DNA of 64,000 bases from an uncultured Spirochaetota bacterium (GTDB lineage: Bacteria > Spirochaetota > Spirochaetia > SZUA-6 > Fen-1364). The notes beneath the pieces are model-generated. The model saw only the letters and a list, made by a program, of their open reading frames with translations. It ran no database searches and was not told the origin of the DNA. The stretch covers positions 96,001-160,000 of the forward strand of contig CAVUXE010000053.1 of the NCBI GenBank assembly GCA_963745235.1, read 5' to 3'. The translations under genes and the position numbers were made by a program. Shown here piece by piece: positions 51,205-61,539 of the stretch. Within the stretch, counting starts at the first letter, position 1. Every line of letters begins with the position of its first letter.

Positions 51205-52494
51205 GGAAGCGTCAGAAAATAACTGGACGAAATTGCCTACGTGGTATATCATGTGCATGTGGATGTCGAGCCTTTGAGGACCAAGTACAAAGCCTTGGCT
51301 CCGGTTCTCAGTGAACGCGCGCGGCGCATCTGGGCAGCCACCGAAGCCCGCCAGGCGGGCCGTGGCGGTATTACCCTCGTGGCACGCGCGACGGGGATCT
51401 CATACTCCACGGTTGTGCGAGGCCTCAAGGATCTGGAATCAGAAGAAGTTGCGCCGCCTGATCGAGTTCGCCGGGCAGGGGGAGGGCGCAAGAAGACACT
51501 TCAGAAGGATCCGACTCTGGTGAACGACCTGGAGAACTTGGTCGAGCCCGCTGTCTCTGGAGATCCACAGTCACCTCTGCGCTGGACATCCAGGAGTGTG
51601 AGGACCCTCTCGGAGGCACTTCGTGGCATGGGGCATGTCGCCAGCCACCAGTTGGTGGCAGAGTTGTTATGCTCCGCAGGCTACAGCCTGCAGAGCAATC
51701 GCAAGGGCCGCGAGGGACCCAACCATCCCGATCGGGACGGGCAGTTTCGCTACATCAATCGGCGGGTTCGAGCTTTCCAAGCCGAGGAGCAGCCGGTGAT
51801 CTCCGTAGACACGAAGAAGAAGGAGCTGGTGGGAGACTTCAAAAACGCTGGGAAACAGTGGAGGCCGAAGAAGAGCCCCCACGTTGTTCGGGTTCACGAC
51901 TTCATCATTCCCGAGAAAGGAAAGGCGATCCCCTACGGAGTCTACGACCTGACACGCAACGCGGGGTGGGTCAGTGTGGGCATCGACCACGACACCGCGA
52001 GTTTCGCAGTCCGCACCATCGGCCGCTGGTGGCGTAAGATGGGACGACCCGCATACCCGCACGCCAGATCTCTTCTCATCACTGCGGATGCTGGAGGAAG
52101 TAACGGCTCACGTGTTCGGCTGTGGAAGTGGGAATTGCAGCAACTGGCCACTCGCACGGGGCTCTCGATCGCGGTCTGCCACTTTCCTCCGGGGACGAGC
52201 AAGTGGAACAAGATTGAACACCGGCTCTTCTCGTACATCAGCAGCAACTGGCGCGGGCAGCCTCTGACAAGCTTGGCCGTGATCGTCAGTCTGATCGCCT
52301 CAACAAGAACCGTAACGGGTCTACGTGTTCGTAGCGAGCTCGACACAGGTCCTTATCCGGACGGCCAGACTGTCTCCGACGAGCAGCTTCTTGAAGTGAA
52401 TCTCACGCGACATCGTTTCCATGGTGACTGGAACTACACGATTCATCCAAGGAAGACAGTCAAGTAATTAGTTCAGTTATTGTTTGACACTTCC
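51205..52494 (+). mobile_element. ISAzo13-family insertion sequence (1290 bp)
   Basis: 24-bp imperfect IRs GGAAGCGTCAGAAAATAACTGGAC / GGAAGTGTCAAACAATAACTGAAC (20/24); 3-bp TTA target duplication at 51202-51204 and 52495-52497. Confidence 0.92.
51259..52467 (+). CDS. ISAzo13-family DDE transposase
   Basis: ISVDTKKKELVG, ITADAGGSNG, PPGTSKWNKIEHRLF, HGDWNYTI. Confidence 0.95.
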   Translation: MDVEPLRTKYKALAPVLSERARRIWAATEARQAGRGGITLVARATGISYSTVVRGLKDLESEEVAPPDRVRRAGGGRKKTLQKDPTLVNDLENLVEPAVSGDPQSPLRWTSRSVRTLSEALRGMGHVASHQLVAELLCSAGYSLQSNRKGREGPNHPDRDGQFRYINRRVRAFQAEEQPVISVDTKKKELVGDFKNAGKQWRPKKSPHVVRVHDFIIPEKGKAIPYGVYDLTRNAGWVSVGIDHDTASFAVRTIGRWWRKMGRPAYPHARSLLITADAGGSNGSRVRLWKWELQQLATRTGLSIAVCHFPPGTSKWNKIEHRLFSYISSNWRGQPLTSLAVIVSLIASTRTVTGLRVRSELDTGPYPDGQTVSDEQLLEVNLTRHRFHGDWNYTIHPRKTVK

Positions 52495-52851
52495 TTAGCG
52501 GTTGCGTCTCTCTTCAGAGGATTTGCAGTCGATGCACAGGAGCGCGTAGGGGATTGCCTCCAGCCTTTCGCGCGGGATCTTCTTGGAGCACCTGGCGCAC
52601 AGCCCGTACTTCTTGTTTTCGATCCTGGCAAGGGCGGACTCTATCAGCTGCAGGCGCCGCAGTTCCTGCGTTCCCAACGCTTCCAGGGTCTTGCGGTCTA
52701 TGTCGTCCGCTGCAATGTCGGCAAGATCCTTCGGGTCCATGTCTTCTATTATGGTGCGGAAATCCTCGCTCTCGGAGGCGAGGTTTTTCAGGATTTCCTT
52801 CTTCAGGTCTACCAGGGCCACTCTCATTTTTTTAAGGAAAGTTTCTTCCAT
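52495..52851 (-). CDS. dksA: DksA/TraR C4 zinc-finger protein
   Basis: DLADIA, YGLCARC, RLEAIPYALLCIDC. Confidence 0.9.
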   Translation of the reverse strand: MEETFLKKMRVALVDLKKEILKNLASESEDFRTIIEDMDPKDLADIAADDIDRKTLEALGTQELRRLQLIESALARIENKKYGLCARCSKKIPRERLEAIPYALLCIDCKSSEERRNR

Positions 52852-52999
52852 ATGCTGTTGCCTTTAAGGCAAGGAATCTACATACAAACATGATCAGTTG
52901 TCAATCCCGCTCAAAAATCCCCCAAAACTCCAGAATTTCTTCCCCGCCGTTGACAGTGGGTGTCAAAGCATCTACACTTGCTTCCTCAAGGAGGGCTCT

Positions 53000-53219
53000 T
53001 TGCCGAAAGAAGAGGCTATTGAAGTTGACGGAAAAGTGAAAGAATCGCTTCCCAACACGATGTTCAGGGTTGAGTTGGAGAACGGGCACGTCATCCTGGC
53101 TCATCTCTCCGGGAAAAATGAGGAAACACTACATCCGCATTGTTCCCGGAGACAGGGTGAAAGTGGCCCTCTCTCCGTATGATCTTACCCGCGGAAGAAT
53201 CATTTTCCGCGAGAAATAG
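53000..53219 (+). CDS. infA: Translation initiation factor IF-1; +1 frameshift in A-run ~53115
   Basis: [31 protein letters not shown]|[28 protein letters not shown]; TTGACA-17-TACACT promoter, AAGGAGG SD. Confidence 0.95.
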
Positions 53220-53243
53220 CCTCCTTCAGCGGGTCCTTTCCCC

Positions 53244-54525
53244 CTACGATCTGTAGTCCGCGTTTTCTCTGACGTACTCGTAGGACAGATCAGATCCAAG
53301 CACTTCCACGGATGCCGGTGACGTCCCGAGAATCACTTCGATATCGACGGTCCTGTCATGTTGCGGCCAGGGCGGGCGCTTGCTGTCCAAGGCCCGTTCT
53401 TTCAAGTACTGATTGAGCTTTTCCTCCCTGTCCGAGTCCAGGCGGAAAGAGCCCGCCGCGAATATGTCGATCCCGCCCATGCGGACTGTCATTGCCGCGG
53501 GGTCGAAAGGCTCTCCGGCATTCCCCATGTAGTCACCGACCGCCGAGACGATCCTGCCGACGTTCGGGTCATTCCCGAAGATCGCCGTCTTGACCAGGGG
53601 TGAATTCACGATGGCGCGCGCCACCGACACCGCCGTGCGCTCATTTGCGGTTCCCCCGACTTTCACCCGCACGACGTGCCCGACACCTTCCGCGTTGCGC
53701 ATGATGTCGAAGGCGAGGCCGGAGAGGACCTCCAGGAGCCCCCGTCGAAAATCCTCCCGCGTGCACGGGCCGCGACGTCCGGAGGAGAGGAGGATGGCAG
53801 TGTCGCTGGTGCTCTGATCGCTATCCACGGAGATGCGGTTCAGGGACCTTTCCACGCACCATGCCAGGTCCTCGCGCAGCGCCTTGCGGGGCACAGCCAC
53901 GTCCGTGCATGCGAAGCAGAGCATGGTGGCCATGTTCGGCTCGATCATGCCGGCCCCCTTTGCCACCGCCACGATCGTTCCCTTGCCCACGGAGGCACGC
54001 CGGACTTTCGGGAAAGCGTCCGTGGTCATGATTGCGCGGGCGACAGGCAGGATGGACCCGCCGCCCAGGCCGGCCACGAGTCGCGGGAGCGTCTCCTCCA
54101 TTTCATGCAACGGCAATCCCCAACCGATGATCCCGGTGGAGGCGGCAAAGAAACCCTCCGCGGGCGCGTCCACCAGGACGCCAAGAGCCCTCAGCAGCGC
54201 CTGCGCGTCCTCCTCCCCGTGAGGGGCGCAGACGTTGGAGATCTTGTTGTTGACGAGCACGCCCCGGATGGCGTTCTCCGTCAGTCTCCGGCGGCCAACG
54301 AGCACAGGAGCTCCCGGGAAGCGGTTCTTCGTAAAGACAGCCGCAAAATCCGGGGAAGGCTCATCCAGGAGAATGAGGGCGAGGTTCATGGGGAGGGGGC
54401 TCGTAACGGTCCGTTCCCGCGGAAAAAACTCAAGGGACGCGGTGGCGCACCGAAATCCATCCGGGCAGGGTGGATCGAGATTCCAGCTCTTTCAGGTAGC
54501 CCGCTTCCGAAACGAATGATTCCAC
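53244..54525 (-). CDS. argJ: Ornithine acetyltransferase / N-acetylglutamate synthase; +1 frameshift ~54463
   Basis: AVFTKN, ASTGIIG, IMTTD, KGAGMIEPNMATML, SPLVKTA, YVRENADYRS. Confidence 0.93.
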
Positions 54526-54557
54526 CCGGTTCTTATACCCGGGGGACCGATAAAGTT

Positions 54558-55604
54558 TCAACCGCCCGCCTGGAGCGTGATCAGGAGGGGCAGGTGATCC
54601 GAGTATCCCCGCTCCGCCTTGAGGTGGGTCCACGCGCGGGGCGTTCCATCAGGCCGCAGGAGGAATGGAAGCCTGAGGACGCGGAAGCCGCCTTTCCTGT
54701 AGTGAAAGCCGCGGGAGTCGAACAAGCCTGCCGAAAGCAGGATGTGGTCCATGGTCTCCCACTCTCCCTGGTAGTAGTACGAGCCCCGTTCCGCCGCGGG
54801 CAGCTCCAGCCACGGTTCATACAGAATGACGCGCCCAGATGCGTCCACCCCTGGCGCAAGAGCTCCGTCCGCGAGAAAGAGGCTGGAAGCCGAGTACGCC
54901 GCGGGGGTCCTGCGTGAGGCCGTGACAAGAGCGGTCTGGTAGCTGCCGCCGACTCTCTCGAGCTCGTCACAATTCTCGTTCATGTCACCGGCGACTATGA
55001 TATGCGCCCCGGGCTCTTCGGCGAGTATCTCTTTGATCCTGCCGACCACTATCCCCGCTGATTCAAGGCGGGAGCGTTCGGTGGCCCGGGCGCCGCCGGC
55101 CTTCGACTTCCAGTGATCATCGAAAAGGTGAAGGACGCCGTCTTTCGTTTCGATCTCGGCTTCAATGACGTCCCGGACAGGGTTCTTGCGCCACGCGTGG
55201 ACCGCGTTGGAGCGTACATGGGAGACGGGCAACCTGCTCGCAATGGCGACATTGGCGGCAAGCTTCTTCTTGGGCACCAGGACGGACCAGGTGTATCCCA
55301 TGCCGGAAAGTCCCGTGGTGAGAAGGACGTGCAGCGCGTTCTCGTTTTCAACTTCCTGCAGCAGGAGCACGTCCGGACCGCCCGGCACTGCCTTTCTCAC
55401 CACTTCCGCTATGGTCTCCACTCTCATAAGAAACAGGTCAGTGTTCCATCCGCCCCTGGCCGGATCGAACTCTGGAAACTCTGAGCCGTCATGAACGTCG
55501 TCGAAGAGGTTTTCGACGTTGTAGGTGAGGATGGTGACGTCCCGAGCGGATACCGGCCAAAGCTGGGAGAGCAGCAGGACGACGGAAAGGATGAGGCGCT
55601 TCAC
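54558..55604 (-). CDS. Secreted endonuclease/exonuclease/phosphatase family protein
   Basis: TYNVENLFD, LQEVEN, HWKSK, GDMN, DHIL, GYSDHLP. Confidence 0.9.
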   Translation of the reverse strand: MKRLILSVVLLLSQLWPVSARDVTILTYNVENLFDDVHDGSEFPEFDPARGGWNTDLFLMRVETIAEVVRKAVPGGPDVLLLQEVENENALHVLLTTGLSGMGYTWSVLVPKKKLAANVAIASRLPVSHVRSNAVHAWRKNPVRDVIEAEIETKDGVLHLFDDHWKSKAGGARATERSRLESAGIVVGRIKEILAEEPGAHIIVAGDMNENCDELERVGGSYQTALVTASRRTPAAYSASSLFLADGALAPGVDASGRVILYEPWLELPAAERGSYYYQGEWETMDHILLSAGLFDSRGFHYRKGGFRVLRLPFLLRPDGTPRAWTHLKAERGYSDHLPLLITLQAGG

Positions 55605-55632
55605 GTTTTTGAAAGCCCCCCTTGAAAGCTCC

Positions 55633-56629
55633 CTAAGAAGCGATTGAGCCTGATGTCATTGAGCCGCCGGCCCTGTCACTGATTGCGCGCATCACGATGG
55701 CCGCCTCTTCCCGGGCGCCCGCCGCGCGGGCGGTGAAGCTCCTGCCGGTGATGGTCTGCCAGGCGGTGATGTATCGCCAGGCAACCTCTATCCTTATGTC
55801 ATCCGGGATGAGGGGAGCGGGTCCGTCCCCTTTCCAACTTCGGGCAAGCAGCCACTGCCGCAGGTACTCTTTGTCCAGCTCCCGCTGGGGCTCACCCGCC
55901 TTGAAGAGCCTCTCCCACGTGTCGGCGTGCCAGTAGCGGCTCGAATCAGGAGTGTGGAGCTCATCAACGAGCATGAGGGTGCTTCCCTGGAGGCCGAACT
56001 CGTACTTCGTGTCCACGAGGATGAGGCCCCTGCGGGAAGCCACCTGGACACCCCGCTGGTACAGCGCCCTCGCGATCTCCTCGACTTTCTCCCATAGCTT
56101 CTGTTCCACTTTTCCGCTTGCCAGGACCTCTTCCCGTGAGACGGGCCTGTCATGGGTCCCCTTCCCCTCCTTGGTGGACGGCGTGATCAGGGGAACGTCG
56201 AATCTCTGGTTGAGGCGCATCCCCGCCGGCAGCTTGATGCCGGAGACATTGGCGCCGGCCTGGTAGTCCCGCCAGGCCGAGCCGGTAAGGTAGCCGCGGA
56301 CAACCACCTCAAACGGCAGCACGTCGCACCGGGCAGCGCGCACGGTGCGCGCGCGACAGCTCTTCCCGCACGTGATTGGAGATGATGTCCTGGGTGTCCG
56401 CAAACCAGAAGAGGGAGAGCGTGTTCAGCACTTCTCCCTTGCACGGCACGGTGGTGAGGACGCTGTCAAATGCCGAGATGCGGTCCGTAGTGGTGATCAG
56501 GAGCTCCTGCCCCAGGTCCACCACGTCCCTGACCTTCCCGCTGGTCACCCGAACGCCCCTGGGGAATGCCCCGCGCTCCAGCTGTCCGAGGCATTGCTCA
56601 AGGTGGGCGGGGAGGTCTTCTTTTTTCAC
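55633..56629 (-). CDS. purC: SAICAR synthetase; +1 frameshift ~56355
   Basis: [55 protein letters not shown]. Confidence 0.93.
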
Positions 56630-57222
56630 CCCTTGATCTCGTCCCGCCTGCGAATGACGCGCGACAAAAGCCCGTAGGAGACCGCTTCTTCCGCGTTCAT
56701 CCAGTAGTCCCGGTCAGTGTCCTTTTCCACCTTGGTGAGCTGCTGACCCGTTTCCTCAGAAATCAGCCGGTTGATCTTGGCGCGAAGCTTTTCGATCTCC
56801 TTGGCGTGAATCTCGATCTCCGTGGCCACACCGCGGGTTCCGCTCATGGGCTGATGGATGAGGTAGTGAGAGTTGGGCAGTCCGATGCGACGGTCCCGCG
56901 GGGCCGCGAGGATGATGATGGCGGCGGCGCTTGCCACCAGTCCCATCCCGATCATGGTGATCTCCGGCTTCACGAAGCGCATCATGTCGAAGATGGCATA
57001 GCCGGCATCAGCGTCTCCGCCGGGTGAGTCTATGTAGACCCTGATGGGATCCGCGCTTTCCTCTTCCAGAAGGATGAGGGACCTGATGACCCTCTCAGCA
57101 AGCGGCTTGTTGATCTCTCCCGAAACCATGACGGTGCGGGACTTGAGCATCCGGGCGAAGAACAACCCTTCGTCTGCGCGGGGCGGTCCTTCCGGTTCTA
57201 CGGGCTTGTCCTGTATTTTCAT
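56626..57222 (-). CDS. clpP: ATP-dependent Clp protease proteolytic subunit
   Basis: YIDSPGG, VASAA (Ser), IHQP (His), DRDYWM (Asp); proximal GTGACA-17-TATTGT promoter. Confidence 0.95.
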   Translation of the reverse strand: MKIQDKPVEPEGPPRADEGLFFARMLKSRTVMVSGEINKPLAERVIRSLILLEEESADPIRVYIDSPGGDADAGYAIFDMMRFVKPEITMIGMGLVASAAAIIILAAPRDRRIGLPNSHYLIHQPMSGTRGVATEIEIHAKEIEKLRAKINRLISEETGQQLTKVEKDTDRDYWMNAEEAVSYGLLSRVIRRRDEIKG

Positions 57223-57270
57223 ACTATCGCTTACAATAAGAAATTTCCCGGTGAATGTCACGCCTCCGAC

Positions 57271-57301
57271 AAAAAAAGGCCGGGGCATCTCTGCCCCGGC
57301 C
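57271..57301 (-). terminator. Intrinsic terminator upstream of clpP
   Basis: Minus strand GGCCGGGGCA-GAGA-TGCCCCGGCC-TTTTTTT (10-bp stem, GNRA loop, U7). Confidence 0.85.
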
Positions 57302-57365
57302 ACCCGTCAATCTTCCGTCCTCCAATTGGTACTGGAGGTTGTGGGGCGGAAGACTCCCAAAAACA
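57271..57365 (-). ncRNA. Candidate ~95-nt sRNA / attenuator leader
   Basis: TTGACA(57399-57394)-16-TATACT promoter, bulged hairpin 57309-57355, then terminator. Confidence 0.55.
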
Positions 57366-57540
57366 GAGTATAGTATACATCCCTTTCCGGCAGTGTCAAC
57401 GGAAAAGCCGGGCGGGATCGCAAAAAGTGCCGTTTTTACTGGGAAAAATGGTGATCGCGTGTGTAGCTTTCACCGCGCCCACCGGCATCCCATTGCATGA
57501 TATCCGAGATTTCCCCACAATAGCCTCGGGAGGAATGTGA

Positions 57541-58410
57541 ATGAAGGCGCGGCTGGCTTTGATAGGAGGAAGCGGGCTGTATACAATGGCGGGTGCGCTC
57601 CCCCTCGAAGAGATGGAGGTGCCCACACCCTGGGGCCTGCCGTCTGACCTCGTGACCCTTGCCGAGGTGGGGGGTGAGCCGGTTGCTTTTCTGCCCCGCC
57701 ACGGCAAAGGGCACAGGTATCTTCCCTCCGAAGTCCCGTCCCTGGCCAACATCTGGGCACTCAAGTCCCTGGGAGTCCAGCAGATCATCTCTGTGAGCGC
57801 GGTGGGCTCCCTTTCGGAGAGCTTTGCCCCGGGGGATTTCGTCCTCTGCGACGAGCTGATCGACAGGACCACCAGGAAGCCGGGAAGCTTCTTCGGGCAG
57901 GGGGTGGTTGGCCACGTGGGGTTCGCTGATCCGTTCTGCGCCGGGATGCGCGCCGCCATGGCGGACGTGCTCCAGCGGCACGGCCACCCCCACCATGCCT
58001 CCGGAACCTACGTCTGCATGGAGGGACCCGCCTTCTCCACCCGGGCTGAATCCCATCTGCACAGGTCGTGGCGGGCGGAGCTGATAGGGATGACCGCCGT
58101 CCCGGAAGCCAAGCTCGCAAGGGAGGCGGAGATCTGCTACGCAACCATCGCCATGGTCACGGATTACGACTCCTGGAAGTCGAACGAGGAGAGCGTGAGC
58201 GTGGAAATGGTGGTGGAAACCATGAAAAGAAACACGGCGGCGGTCCAGGAGATGCTCCCTGATATCGTGACCGCCCTGAAGGGACGCGACGATTGCGACT
58301 GCCGGCATGCCGCCCGGAGCGCCATCATGACGGAGGTCGGCCTGATTCCGTATGACGTTCGGCGGAAACTTGCGCTGTTCTATGATCGCTACTGGACAGG
58401 GAGAGGGTGA
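57541..58410 (+). CDS. mtnP: S-methyl-5'-thioadenosine phosphorylase
   Basis: IGGSG, FLPRHG, ANIWALK, EGPAFSTRAES, GMTAVPEAKLAREA, VTDYD. Confidence 0.93.
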   Translation: MKARLALIGGSGLYTMAGALPLEEMEVPTPWGLPSDLVTLAEVGGEPVAFLPRHGKGHRYLPSEVPSLANIWALKSLGVQQIISVSAVGSLSESFAPGDFVLCDELIDRTTRKPGSFFGQGVVGHVGFADPFCAGMRAAMADVLQRHGHPHHASGTYVCMEGPAFSTRAESHLHRSWRAELIGMTAVPEAKLAREAEICYATIAMVTDYDSWKSNEESVSVEMVVETMKRNTAAVQEMLPDIVTALKGRDDCDCRHAARSAIMTEVGLIPYDVRRKLALFYDRYWTGRG

Positions 58411-58417
58411 GAGCCGC

Positions 58418-59293
58418 TTGAAATCCGCCGTCGTTGCCGTGGTCGGGAGGCCCTCGGCGGGCAAATCCACCCTCGTGAACGCGCTCTGCGGCGCCAAGGT
58501 TTCGATAGTCTCCCCGGTCCCGCAGACCACGCGCAACCGGGTTCGCGGCATCCTCAACGCGGAGGACGCCCAGCTCGTCTTCATCGACACGCCGGGGTTC
58601 CATCTCTCGGAAAAGAAGATCAACACATATATGACGGGCCTTGTCTCCTCCGCGCTGGAGGAAGTGGACATTATCCTCTACGTTGTGGATGGGAGCAGGC
58701 TGGCTGGTGAGGAAGAAAAGGCGATAGCAGAGGCAGTTCGCCGGGCCCGGAAGCCGGTGGTGCTCTGCCTGAACAAGAAAGACGGCGCTGGCGAGTCATG
58801 GCCCGTCGTCAGGGAAGCGGCCGGCGCTTCCCTGCCCGGTGCTCCGCTCTTCGAGATCTCTGCCCTCACGGGAGACGGGCTCGATGCCCTTCGGGAGAAG
58901 CTGCTGGAGCTCAGCCCGAGCGGAGAGCAGATGTATCCGCCGGACTACTACACCGACCAGACGCCGGAGTTTCGCATTTCTGAAATCGTCCGTGAGAAAG
59001 TCATGCTGGGCACGCGGGAAGAAGTCCCGCATGCGGTGTACGTGCGCATCGAGGACCTCGAGATGCGGGACGAGGGGGCCATGCTCTGGGCGCGGGGGTT
59101 CATCTGCGTCGAGAGAGAGTCCCAGAAGGGCATCATTGTGGGGCGGGGGGGCGACAAGATTCGAGGGATCGTTCGCGAGTCCGAAGAGGAGCTGTCCCAG
59201 ATCTTCCCGTGGGTGGTGAAGCTCGACATGCGCGTGAAGGTGGACAAGCAATGGCGAAAGCGGGATCCGCTGCTGAAGAAACTGATCACGTAG
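58418..59293 (+). CDS. era: GTPase Era
   Basis: GRPSAGKST, PQTTR, DTPG, NKKD, ISA, EEVPH, SQKGIIVG (KH domain). Confidence 0.97.
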   Translation: MKSAVVAVVGRPSAGKSTLVNALCGAKVSIVSPVPQTTRNRVRGILNAEDAQLVFIDTPGFHLSEKKINTYMTGLVSSALEEVDIILYVVDGSRLAGEEEKAIAEAVRRARKPVVLCLNKKDGAGESWPVVREAAGASLPGAPLFEISALTGDGLDALREKLLELSPSGEQMYPPDYYTDQTPEFRISEIVREKVMLGTREEVPHAVYVRIEDLEMRDEGAMLWARGFICVERESQKGIIVGRGGDKIRGIVRESEEELSQIFPWVVKLDMRVKVDKQWRKRDPLLKKLIT

Positions 59294-59319
59294 CAGCGCG
59301 GCTGGAGAATGAGCTTGTC

Positions 59320-61174
59320 TTACGACTTGTCCCGGACGGCCAGCACCTTGAGAAGAATCACCGGCGTCCGCGCGCTCTGCGGGTTCGTGACTCTTACGAC
59401 GAGAGTCGGTGAGCCGCCCGATGTGGAAGGAATGGACACCGTCTTGTCCCCTCCCGGACTGGACACTGACAGCGACTGCCCGCTTGCCGTCACCTTGAGC
59501 TTCACCTCACCGCCCTCCGCTGTGACGGGGATGTCAGCGGCCGGGGCGGAATCTCCCTGCCACTGAAGTCTGAGCACGGCCGCTCGTGAGGAATCCGGGG
59601 AGAGGCTCACCGTGTAGGAAACAGGCCCCTTGGCGATATTGACGCCCGGTAGTACCAGCGCACTGTCAGGGGGGAGCGTCAGGGCCCCAGGCGTAAATAC
59701 CGCCTTGCCCTCCAAGGCCATGGAGGAGGGCAGGTACGACCCCTCGAACCCGCTTGCGAACACGAGGTCCTGGCCGTACTTTCGCTGGGCAACTCTCAGG
59801 TACAGGCCCGGATCAGCGGATGGCCTGCCTTGGCTGTCACGATAGAAGACGCCGAACTCATCGATGACCCCTGTGAAGCCGCCGGGGCCGCCAATGACGG
59901 TGGTGCCGTCCTGGCGCACGGCCGACGCGGCAAAGGACACGGTGCGGGAGGACACGAGATCTCCATTCACGTACCACAGCGCGATCAGGGTCTGCCCCTG
60001 CGGAATAATGCTGAGAGACAGCAGGTATCTTTGGCCGGTGATCAGCCCCGGGCCCGACCAGGGAATAGTGACGGACTGACCCGTGCCCTGGATGACGGCC
60101 TGAGGCGCATGAGTAGTTCCATCAACGGCGATGGTGAAGGTGAAGCTCCCGTCCGACGTCGAGGCCACCAAGAGCTTGTTTGAGGCGGAGAAGCTGTCGA
60201 AGCTCACACCGAAGCTCGCCGTAAAGGGGCCCAGGACGCCTCCATCAACCGGGAGAGCCATCCATGCGAGGGAGAACCCCGCGCCGTTTGTAAGGCGATA
60301 GCCGAAGCCGTTCTCCGTCGAGACGATCTCCGGCGAGCCGATGGCAGAGGCCGAGGTCTTTCCCAGCTTCTTTGCGCCGGCTCCCGCGTCGTCCAGAGTC
60401 GCCTGGAGGCGCAGCAGCGTCAGGTATGAGTCAGCGGGGCCGAGGTCACCGCCCGCAGATTGTCCTCCCGTTGACACGTACACGTCCGTGGAAAGCGCGA
60501 TGGAAGAGGAGAAAGAGTAGTCGGAGTCAGCCGAGGGCGCCGGCCGGGAACATCTCCAGGGTGATCGTGTAGACGCCTTCGTCAGCGGGAACCGTCCAGA
60601 GGATCTTGCCAAGTCCCTGACTGAGTGCTCCCTTCTGGATGACCTTGCCCTTCCATGACCAGCGCAGCCAGGGGTCCGCGCCATCGGGATACTGGAGATC
60701 CGCCTTCAGGAGAACCTTCCCAGACGAGGCGATCACCGGCGGATAACTCTTGATGCCGGCAATCCGCCACCCGGGCGCCGCCACGAAGAAGTTCGAGCTC
60801 TTTTTTTGCGCAGTTTCGCCGGCGGAATAGATCACCACATCCATCCTGTACTGGCCAGGAGGCATGGATGGGGGCTGGATATAGAGCTGTTCGTTGACCG
60901 CCGGCACGGCCTGGCGGTTGTGCCATACGCTTGTTCCGGTTGCAGTGGTGAGGGTGACCTCCATCTCCAGGTCCTTCGCCTTGGAAGCGTCCTGGACGCT
61001 GACCGTCAGGGGGACTCCCTTGCCATCAGTGAGGACCTGCCCGTCGGCAACGGTCGTCAACTGCAGGTCCGACGCCGGAGTGTTCAAGGACATGAAAAGC
61101 GACTGATCCCCGCATGAGGACACGAGACCGAGGACGATGAGGATCACAACTTTTTGGCCGATTTTGGGGATCAT
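59320..61174 (-). CDS. Large beta-rich lipoprotein with LamG/concanavalin-A-like domain; +1 frameshift ~60543
   Basis: Lipobox VSSC; WYVNG...TVIGG..GFTGVIDEFGVF typical of LamG; ORFs 60527-61174 and 59320-60684 join. Confidence 0.7.
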
Positions 61175-61206
61175 CTAGGTCTAATATACCACGAGGGGGG
61201 CTCAAA

Positions 61207-61536
61207 TCAAGGCCGGCCCGCCCGGCCCGCCATGTGGAGGACCTCGATCTCGACGTCTCCGTAGACGTAGCTCTGGCAGGCCAGCCGGATATCAGGGCCG
61301 GACGGCTCTCCCTGGGCCGCCAACTGGGCCAGGAGGTGCGTTTCCCTGTCCTTTCGGGGGCTGAAAAACCGATCCCCTGACCTGATTCGGATGATGTCCC
61401 GCCCGCATTGCGCCTTCCCTCCGCAGATGGTTTGAATGGGAAAGCCGTTTCGAAGAAGGATGTTCAGGATGGAGGTGGTCAGGTTGCCTTCGAAAACATG
61501 CGATGTACCGTGGATCCTGATTCTTGGCGCTGTCAT
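61207..61536 (-). CDS. 2Fe-2S ferredoxin-like protein
   Basis: ICGGKAQCGRD...RLACQ. Confidence 0.85.
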   Translation of the reverse strand: MTAPRIRIHGTSHVFEGNLTTSILNILLRNGFPIQTICGGKAQCGRDIIRIRSGDRFFSPRKDRETHLLAQLAAQGEPSGPDIRLACQSYVYGDVEIEVLHMAGRAGRP

Positions 61537-61539
61537 GGG

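Noticed and set aside
52484-52512. Outward-facing hybrid promoter from the IS right end (TTGACA)
   Set aside because: No plausible -10 hexamer at 16-18 bp in the flanking dksA sequence
57400-57540. SAM/SAH riboswitch ahead of mtnP
   Set aside because: Only weak hairpins; none of the conserved SAM-I/II or SAH core motifs are recognisable
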